Shown: positions 38,188-43,995 of the stretch, one piece after another
Numbering within the stretch: position 1 is the first letter of the stretch
How the letters are laid out: each line of letters begins with the position of its first letter
Assembly: GCA_947297555.1 (NCBI GenBank)
Contig: CAMYTM010000001.1
Location: forward strand, 1-43,995
Source: an uncultured Mycoplasmatota bacterium
GTDB lineage: Bacteria > Bacillota_I > Bacilli_A > RF39 > UBA660
DNA: 43,995 nucleotides
Reading direction: 5' to 3'
Notes under the pieces: generated by a model
What the model was told of the DNA's origin: nothing
The model's input: only the letters and a program-made list of their open reading frames with translations
Database searches by the model: none
Program-made: the position numbers and the translations under genes

Positions 38188-39150
38188 TTATTGTTGAGAT
38201 TTGGTTTTAATACTATCATATATAAAGGGAATTATTATTACAGTTGATAAAAAATCAAAGCCTTTTAAAACATCCTCAGAAAATAGTGATTTATTAATTA
38301 CAGTAATTAGATAAACTATAATTAGTGCTGCTATTATTGATATATTGGTTATTTTTCTTGTAAATAGCAATTTATTAACTGTATCATTAGTTATATAATT
38401 AAATATCTTATATAATGTTAGTTTTAACTTCTTAAGAAGTTTTAGAAATGTTATATAAATTATATTTATTAGAATTGTTGGAAGACATAGCATAAAAAAT
38501 ATTATATTATCAACAATTTTAGTTAGTGTTGTTTTATATTTTTTATATAATATAAAGTCATATGATATAAATTTAATTATAGTATTGTTATTATTTTGTA
38601 TAGTATTTTTAATTTTGAAATTTTTGGATTCAAGTAAAATTGTTATATTAGATAACAAAACAGTTAAATTAATAGACAGCAAGAATACAAATGAAACAAG
38701 TTTAATTACTAAATAAAATAAAATCAAAATTTCTTTTGTAACATGATCAATGATACTAAATGAAGTTATATAAACTGGAGTCACATAAGCAGAAAGAAAT
38801 ATAATGAAAAAAATAGCTGCACCAGTATATGCGTATTTATTATCTAATGAAAAATCATTATTATCTGTATATATATTTTTAATCGATTTTATAAAAGAAA
38901 TAGATGGTATAAATAATATTGCTAAAGATAATAGAACTTTCTTGGCAAAAAATAGTATTAATAAAGAACAAATTACTAATGTTAACCATACTGAAGTTAA
39001 TTTACATTTTGTTATAGTATCTAAATTTTCTTTTTCAATTTTAGATTTTGATTCATTTTTTTCTATAAATTGTAAAAGAATAAAATTGATAGCAGCAATT
39101 CCAATAATTAAGAATTCAAAAAAATGATTATATAAAATGAATTTTAGCAT
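38188..39150 (-). CDS. polytopic membrane protein of unknown function
   Basis: 320 aa on the minus strand with SD 'agaggtg'. About 8 hydrophobic segments. It lies between recombinase 2 and the right junction. Confidence 0.55.
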   Translation of the reverse strand: MLKFILYNHFFEFLIIGIAAINFILLQFIEKNESKSKIEKENLDTITKCKLTSVWLTLVICSLLILFFAKKVLLSLAILFIPSISFIKSIKNIYTDNNDFSLDNKYAYTGAAIFFIIFLSAYVTPVYITSFSIIDHVTKEILILFYLVIKLVSFVFLLSINLTVLLSNITILLESKNFKIKNTIQNNNNTIIKFISYDFILYKKYKTTLTKIVDNIIFFMLCLPTILINIIYITFLKLLKKLKLTLYKIFNYITNDTVNKLLFTRKITNISIIAALIIVYLITVINKSLFSEDVLKGFDFLSTVIIIPFIYDSIKTKSQQ

Positions 39151-39252
39151 AAAACACCTCTATAATTTAGTTATCTATTTTATCATTTTTTTAAAATATA
39201 AACAATAGTTTGAAAAATAAGCAAAAATGTTACACTTTGATTATTGCCTGGT

Positions 39253-39593
39253 GGCGATGGTGCGGAAGTAATCTATTCCTTACGTAATAGCGATAGGTTA
39301 TCAAGGATTATTAGTGATAATTTTACTAAAGCAGGTCAAAATGTTCGTAAGTATTATCAAAGAAGGCTACCAAGTAATCCAAATCAAGATTATTATTACA
39401 TTTTAAGAAATACTCCAAATAACGAATCAATTATTGTAGAATATGGTTTTGCAGATAGTACAGGGGACGATGTTAGTCAATTGAAAAATAATTGGGAAGG
39501 TTTAGCAGAAGCCGTTGTTAAATCTTTAGCAGAATATATTGGTGTTCCTTATACTCCAGTATCTTTAGAAAATACACATATAGTAAAAAGTGG
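39253..39593 (+). CDS. split Amidase_3/LysM gene, segment 3 of 4
   Basis: 'GDGAEVIYSLRNSDRLSRII...DYYYILRNTPNNESIIVEYGFADS...' is the C-terminal half of Amidase_3 plus the start of LysM 1 ('HIVKSG'). The track ORF 39244-39624 includes element-derived ends. Confidence 0.85.
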
Positions 39594-39724
39594 GGATACA
39601 ATTTTTATGGGGAATAATGAGTAATATTTTATAATTTAATTAAAAATATATTATTATGTAAAAATAATTTGATATTTGAGTTGAAAGAATATGATATAAT
39701 GTTAGAAGAAAAGGAGTTAATATA

Positions 39725-40252
39725 ATGGACGAAGTAATAGATATTTTAGATGAAAAAACAGGTGAAAAAACAGGTAAAACTATTTCAAAGAAAAAGGCAC
39801 ATAGAATTGGAACTTGGCATGGATCAATTCATATATTAATAGTTAATTCTGAACATAATAAAACATTACTGCAAAAAAGATGTGAATTAAAAGATTTGTA
39901 TCCTAACACATGGGATATTGCAGTAGGTGGTCATATAAGTGCTGGAGAAGATGATATAACATCTGCAAAAAGAGAATTAGAAGAAGAATTAGGATTAAAT
40001 TCGTCGCAATATGAATTAAAATTTATTGAAAAAACTCAGGAAAAATTAAATAATAATGGTGTAATAAGTAATGAGTATGTTTCTATTTTTGTTGTATATG
40101 CAAATATAGATATTAACGATATTGTTCTACAAGAGGAAGAGGTTAGTGAAATAAAATGGTGTTCAAAAGAAGAATTGAATTCATTTATTAAAGATAATAA
40201 TATTATTCCTCATGTTAGAGAATATGAAATATTAAATGAACTATTGAAATAA
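39725..40252 (+). CDS. NUDIX hydrolase
   Basis: 175 aa. The Nudix box 'GGHISAGEDDITSAKRELEEELGL' fits Gx5Ex7REUxEExGU. SD 'aaggag'. Confidence 0.85.
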   Translation: MDEVIDILDEKTGEKTGKTISKKKAHRIGTWHGSIHILIVNSEHNKTLLQKRCELKDLYPNTWDIAVGGHISAGEDDITSAKRELEEELGLNSSQYELKFIEKTQEKLNNNGVISNEYVSIFVVYANIDINDIVLQEEEVSEIKWCSKEELNSFIKDNNIIPHVREYEILNELLK

Positions 40253-40296
40253 TAAAGATATTTTTGGAATTTCAATATTATAATTAATGAAAAATT

Positions 40297-40345
40297 AATC
40301 ATCCTATAAAATTTAGTGAAAACTAGAAATTAGGATGATTTTTTG
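40297..40345 (+). terminator. terminator-like hairpin after the NUDIX gene
   Basis: 10-bp stem 'aatcatccta'/'taggatgatt' (24-nt loop) followed by T5. Confidence 0.45.
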
Positions 40346-40384
40346 TGCTATAAATTATTGTTATTATTAGGTTTATCCCATATA

Positions 40385-40535
40385 TCATCCTACAAAGTAG
40401 GATGAATTTCGTAAGTACGAAATAAGAATGGTGCATATACAAATCCTTATTTTATAAGGAAAAGTGAATGTATATGCACCATCTTCTTATCCTGCTTGTG
40501 TAGAAATGTCATATTTTAATAGTTTTGTAGGATGA
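40385..40535 (+). promoter_or_regulatory. structured intergenic region: GTAGGATGA motif copies and a 13-bp inverted repeat
   Basis: Hairpin 'tcatcctac-aaa-gtaggatga' (40385-40405), palindrome 'tttcgta-ag-tacgaaa' (40407-40422), perfect 13-bp inverted repeat 'atggtgcatatac'/'gtatatgcaccat' (40428-40440 / 40470-40482) enclosing 'tccttat-ttt-ataagga', and another 'gtaggatga' at 40527-40535. Confidence 0.5.
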
Positions 40536-40616
40536 TAGACAAAACTTTCTATACTTTATGACTTGACTCTTCTTTTTAGTGGAGGTAACATGCATCATGC
40601 GAAGGAGATGGTGTAT

Positions 40617-40766
40617 ATGAGAAGGTTTAATTTTTATTTGCCTGAAGAGTTATTTGAACGAATGAAATTACTTGCAAATTACTATAACATTTCTATAACT
40701 AAATTAATGGTAGAACTACTAGAAATTGGATATATAGGTATGTTAGATACAAGAAAAAATAAATAA
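40617..40766 (+). CDS. ribbon-helix-helix (CopG/Arc-like) protein
   Basis: 'MRRFNFYLPEELFERMKLLANYYNISITKLMVELLEIGY' has the RHH beta-alpha-alpha pattern. SD 'aaggag' precedes the ATG at 40617. In-frame alternative starts are at 40590 and 40563. Confidence 0.6.
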   Translation: MRRFNFYLPEELFERMKLLANYYNISITKLMVELLEIGYIGMLDTRKNK

Positions 40767-40932
40767 ATTTATAAAAATGAGAGGGTTAGGTGAAGAATAT
40801 GAAGATAATAATTTTTAATTTAATGGAGGTTTATGATAGTAAGTAATATTGTTAGGTGTGTTATAGACATACCAAATAATATTACTAAAACAAAATTTAA
40901 AGCCATAGAATTTAATGGAGGTATTAAACTCT

Positions 40933-41112
40933 ATGGTTAAATACAAAGTTAATTTAAAATTTAAAGAAAATGGAAAATCTTTAAATGAATTAATAACTGA
41001 AGTATTAAAAATAGAACTAAATAAAAAAATAAATGAGACTTGCAATATCTTAAAAAAGGATCTACCATTCAAGAATACTCATTATTCCCAAAGTGAAGGG
41101 AGTAGTAATTAA
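40933..41112 (+). CDS. small ORF (59 aa) translationally coupled to recombinase 3
   Basis: GGAGG at 40917-40921. 'MVKYKVNLKFKENGKSLNELITEVLKIELN' is similar to the small ORF at 23041. Its stop overlaps the recombinase start (TAATG at 41110-41114). Confidence 0.55.
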   Translation: MVKYKVNLKFKENGKSLNELITEVLKIELNKKINETCNILKKDLPFKNTHYSQSEGSSN

Positions 41113-42677
41113 TGATAGGGAATAATAGTTTTAAAGTAGGAATTTATATAAGGTTATCAAGAGATGATGGAAACATTGAATCAGATAGTATTATTAGTCA
41201 AAGAAGTTTACTTAATCAATATATCAAAGAGAATAACTATAATTTAATTGATGAATATGTGGATGATGGTTTTACTGGAACAAATTTTGAAAGACCATCA
41301 TTTAAAAGAATGATTAAAGATATCGAATCCGGAAGAATTAATATGATTATTACCAAAGATATGTCAAGACTTGGTAGAGATTATATAGGTACTGGAGAAT
41401 TAATTGAAAAGTATTTTCCGAATAAAAATGTTAGATATATTGCTATTAATGATGGTATAGATACATTTATAGATAATACCAATAATGATATAGCACCATT
41501 TAAAGCAATAATGAATGATATGTATGCTAAAGATATTTCTAAAAAAGTTAAAACTAGTTTGCATTCCAGAATGAAAGAAGGATTATATGTATCTGGAAGA
41601 TGCCCTTTTGGATATATGAAAGATCCAACAAATAAGAATCATTTAGTTGTAAATAAGGAACAAGCAGAAACTGTTAAATTAATATTTGATTTAGCATTAA
41701 AGGGGAATACTTATCACTACATAGCACAATACCTAACTAAAAGGAAAATTAAAACTCCAGCATCTTATTACAACTATGTTTGGAATACAAAATGTATAAA
41801 TACAAATTGTATATCACAAGAATATGGTGTATGGGTAGATACAACAATTAAGGCAATTCTTACTAATCAAATATATGTTGGTGATACAGTTCAGGGTAAG
41901 ACTAAAAAGATTAATTATAAACTCAAAAAGACAGTTAAGAATAAACCAAATGATTTTATAATAGTCGAAAATACTCACGAAGCAATTATAGATAGAGATA
42001 TATTTAACTATGTTCAAACACTTTTGCCTAAAAATGTTAAAAGGCCAGAAAAGAAAAGTTTTTATTTACTAGATGGACTTTTATACTGTGGAGATTGCAA
42101 ACATCGTATAACCGTTAGATATCAAACTAAAACAGGAAGAAGTTATACTACTTGTGATTATTATAGAACATACTCAAAGTATCATGTTTGTACAACTCAT
42201 ACAAATAATTATGAAACACTGGAAAGAGTTATTTTAGATAATATTAGAGATGTAGGTAAAAATTATTTAGATAAGAATAAAGTAAAAGATTCTATTGGTA
42301 ATATAGAATTTGAAGACAATACTTTAAAGATTAAAAAGCAAATTGAAAGTCTAGAACTTAGTAATAATAAATTAACAGAAAATCTAGATAAGAACTATAT
42401 GAATATGTTAAAAGGTATTATTGATGAAGAACAATATATGAGAATAAGTGAAAGTCTAAAGCAAGAAATAGAAAGTAATAAATTGAGTATTGATAATCTT
42501 AAAAATGTGAATAGTGAATCTAATAAAATAGACAATAAAATGATAGAAAAATATATTAATGAATATTTATCTTTAGAAAATCCAACTAGAGAATTAATAA
42601 TTAATTTAGTTGAAAAGATTTATATCTATCAAGATAAAACGATAGATATTATATTTACATTTAAAAATGTTACATAA
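41112..42677 (+). CDS. large serine recombinase (element 3)
   Basis: 521 aa. 'VGIYIRLSRDD', 'TKDMSRLGRD', 'CPFGYMKDPTNKNHLVVN', zinc ribbon 'YCGDCKH...TCDYY' and a coiled-coil tail. Its stop codon lies inside the left arm of the attP-like palindrome. Confidence 0.9.
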   Translation: MIGNNSFKVGIYIRLSRDDGNIESDSIISQRSLLNQYIKENNYNLIDEYVDDGFTGTNFERPSFKRMIKDIESGRINMIITKDMSRLGRDYIGTGELIEKYFPNKNVRYIAINDGIDTFIDNTNNDIAPFKAIMNDMYAKDISKKVKTSLHSRMKEGLYVSGRCPFGYMKDPTNKNHLVVNKEQAETVKLIFDLALKGNTYHYIAQYLTKRKIKTPASYYNYVWNTKCINTNCISQEYGVWVDTTIKAILTNQIYVGDTVQGKTKKINYKLKKTVKNKPNDFIIVENTHEAIIDRDIFNYVQTLLPKNVKRPEKKSFYLLDGLLYCGDCKHRITVRYQTKTGRSYTTCDYYRTYSKYHVCTTHTNNYETLERVILDNIRDVGKNYLDKNKVKDSIGNIEFEDNTLKIKKQIESLELSNNKLTENLDKNYMNMLKGIIDEEQYMRISESLKQEIESNKLSIDNLKNVNSESNKIDNKMIEKYINEYLSLENPTRELIINLVEKIYIYQDKTIDIIFTFKNVT

Positions 42678-42690
42678 AAAGTGTATCTGG

Positions 42691-43276
42691 AGATACATTA
42701 TGGAGTATTGCTCGTAATAATGGAATGACTGTTGATGAATTAAAGCGTTTAAATAATTTGACGAGTAATTCTTTGTCTATTGGGCAAGTTGTAAAATTAA
42801 ACGAAGGAGAAGCTCCTACAAATAAAGATACATATATTGTTAAAAGTGGAGATACTTTGTATGGGATAGCCAATTCTTATGGAATGACTGTTGATGAATT
42901 AAAACGTATGAATAACTTAACGAGTAATGTATTGTCTATTGGGCAAGTACTTAAAGTAAGCGGAAGTACAGAACCTAGTGATGTTGATGATTATTATATT
43001 GTAAAACCTGGTGACAGTTTATATAAAATAGCGAATATGTTTAATACATCTGTAAATGAGTTAAAAAGAGTAAACAATTTAACTAGTAATTTATTAAGCG
43101 TTGGTCAAAGGTTGTTAATTCCTGGAGATACAGATTATCAGACATACACTGTAAAAAGTGGGGATACTTTATATAATATTGCAAGAAACTTTAATACAAC
43201 AGTAACTGCTATTCAAAATTTAAATAATTTGACCACTAGTACACTATCTATAGGACAACAACTTTTGATACCTTAG
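42691..43276 (+). CDS. split Amidase_3/LysM gene, segment 4 of 4 (rest of LysM 1 plus LysM 2-4)
   Basis: Four repeats of the form 'Y(I/T)VK(S/P)GD(T/S)L..IA......EL...NNLTSN.LS(I/V)GQ.L'. A terminator follows the stop at 43274-43276. Confidence 0.85.
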
Positions 43277-43302
43277 AAAACAGTCTAAACGATTGTTTTT
43301 TC
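43277..43302 (+). terminator. rho-independent terminator of the amidase gene
   Basis: Stem 'aaaacagtc'/'gattgtttt' (one G-U pair), loop 'taaac', then a T-run. Confidence 0.6.
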
Positions 43303-43391
43303 TTTGTATATAAAAAATTATTAAAAAAATTTAAAAATTTATTTTACGAAAAGTTAAAAATGTTATATAGTAATACAAAAGGAGAAATATT

Positions 43392-43952
43392 ATGCAAAAA
43401 ATGCTAATTGAAAATCAGGAATATTCTGAATATGAATATACTTCAGAAGATGAATTTGAAAAAGATTTAGTTGAAAATGCAAAAATGGTATTTGGAACGA
43501 AATCTATATATATTGATGTAAAAAAATTATTAAAAAAAAGGTTTACTAATAGTTCAGTACCGGATGGTTATTTATTAGATTATACAATAGAAGCAAGGCC
43601 AAAGTTATACTTAATAGAAAATGAGTTAAAAGGTCATTCTATTCGAGATCATATTGCTCCCCAATTAGTGCAATTTGCTTTCAACTACAAACATAATTTA
43701 TTAGAGATAAAAAATATCATTATTAATAATATGTTAGACAATAATATAGATATTGATTTGATTTCTAAAAATGCTGGATATAGGAATGCAGATGATATGA
43801 TTACAAATATAATTTCTAAAGAAAAATTAGGAATTATTATTCCTATTGATGAAGTTTCAGATGAATTGAAAGAACTAAAAAATCTTTTTAGATTTGATAT
43901 TGAATTGCTGAAGTTTAAAAAATTTGTTTATAAACAAAAGTCAGACTGTTGA
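43392..43952 (+). CDS. hypothetical protein, possible PD-(D/E)XK nuclease fold
   Basis: 186 aa with SD 'aaggag'. 'VPDGYLLDY...LYLIENELKGH' could be a D...ExK nuclease motif. The functional call is weak. Confidence 0.4.
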   Translation: MQKMLIENQEYSEYEYTSEDEFEKDLVENAKMVFGTKSIYIDVKKLLKKRFTNSSVPDGYLLDYTIEARPKLYLIENELKGHSIRDHIAPQLVQFAFNYKHNLLEIKNIIINNMLDNNIDIDLISKNAGYRNADDMITNIISKEKLGIIIPIDEVSDELKELKNLFRFDIELLKFKKFVYKQKSDC

Positions 43953-43972
43953 CAAATAAAACAGTCTTTTTA
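43943..43972 (+). terminator. rho-independent terminator
   Basis: Stem 'agactgtt'/'aacagtct' overlapping the stop codon, followed by 'ttttta'. Confidence 0.6.
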
Positions 43973-43995
43973 TTTAGAAAAAAAAGTATTATAAT

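Larger units (their letters stand above)
25140..39252 (+). mobile_element. Element 2: 14,113-bp integrative element with large serine recombinase, defence-type cargo
   Basis: Shared GGT at 25137-25139 and 39250-39252. The joined ends carry 17-bp inverted repeats (39229-39245 vs 25140-25156, 15/17). Deletion restores 'HINAGGG|GDGAEVIY' in frame. Boundaries are +/-3 bp. Confidence 0.8.
39594..42690 (+). mobile_element. Element 3: 3,097-bp minimal integrative element with large serine recombinase
   Basis: The junctions share TGG(G/A)GATACA (39591-39600 / 42688-42697). The joined ends form a 34-bp near-palindrome centred on GG. Deletion restores the first LysM, 'HIVKSGDT|LWSIARNNG', in frame. 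The crossover position is ambiguous within the 10-bp block. Confidence 0.8.

Noticed and set aside
25140-39252. Element 2 being two adjacent elements, for example a STAND module plus an R-M module.
   Set aside because: Only one recombinase gene and one pair of frame-restoring junctions exist in this interval. I found no internal copy of either end sequence. Internal terminators (29686-29721) are more simply read as cassette boundaries.
13159-42690. Interpreting the three insertions as prophages or a single large prophage.
   Set aside because: No terminase, portal, capsid, tail, holin or phage replication genes are recognisable. The region resolves into three separately bounded units, each with its own recombinase and its own in-frame junction pair.
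396-42873. Many 60-145-aa track ORFs lie antisense to or inside larger genes. They are 396-620(-), 2409-2609(-), 3294-3488(+), 3604-3786(-), 7978-8175(-), 16311-16520(-), 21318-21599(+), 25817-26014(+), 31640-32038(-), 32272-32457(-), 32576-32878(-), 33514-33735(-), 34012-34332(-), 35317-35526(-), 37661-38098(-), 38804-39127(+), 40815-41072(-), 41814-42017(-) and 42670-42873(-).
   Set aside because: Each is fully embedded in a longer ORF with recognisable domains on the other strand or frame. They have low-complexity, Leu/Ile/Phe/Ser-rich translations typical of shadow ORFs in AT-rich DNA, and no SD sequences were noted.
1-43995. CRISPR arrays, tRNA/rRNA genes, and IS elements with terminal inverted repeats.
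   Set aside because: No regularly spaced direct repeats with unique spacers were seen by eye. No cloverleaf-capable GC-rich stretches or rRNA-like conserved blocks were seen either. No DDE transposase-like ORFs were found. The only recombinases are the three serine recombinases.

Overview
AT-rich (about 25-30% GC), standard-code, GGAGG-type Shine-Dalgarno DNA from a low-GC, probably spore-forming Firmicute (cwlD and addAB are present). Positions 1-13,000 look like ordinary chromosome: a radical SAM protein, a kinase-fold-like hypothetical, CwlD-type amidase, Zn-phospholipase-C-like protein, an Abi_2 abortive-infection protein, HtrA, DUF2130 and AddB/AddA. The main result covers 13,115-43,276. 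A single signal-less Amidase_3 + 4xLysM gene (CwlC-like, 400 codons when reassembled) is cut into four pieces by three independent insertions of 11,749, 14,113 and 3,097 bp. Each insertion carries its own large serine recombinase at the right end, in the same orientation. Removing the three intervals restores one continuous reading frame. Joining each element's two ends gives a symmetric attP-like site. None of the elements has phage structural genes, and their cargo is mostly conflict or defence type. Element 1 carries an AlbA_2/HATPase_c_4 protein, a DUF4238 pair, a MobV relaxase with an in-frame TGA, an uncharacterised two-gene operon (353-aa unknown protein + stand-alone Clp-D1-like AAA+ ATPase), and an XRE switch. 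Element 2 carries a 1,347-aa NACHT/STAND-like NTPase, an AbiEi-like + Fic pair, a complete type III R-M system and a membrane protein. Element 3 carries a NUDIX hydrolase and an RHH protein. A conserved small ORF that is missing from the ORF track in two of three cases sits directly upstream of each recombinase. No rRNA, tRNA or CRISPR array was seen. All family assignments come from motif recognition by eye, not from searches.
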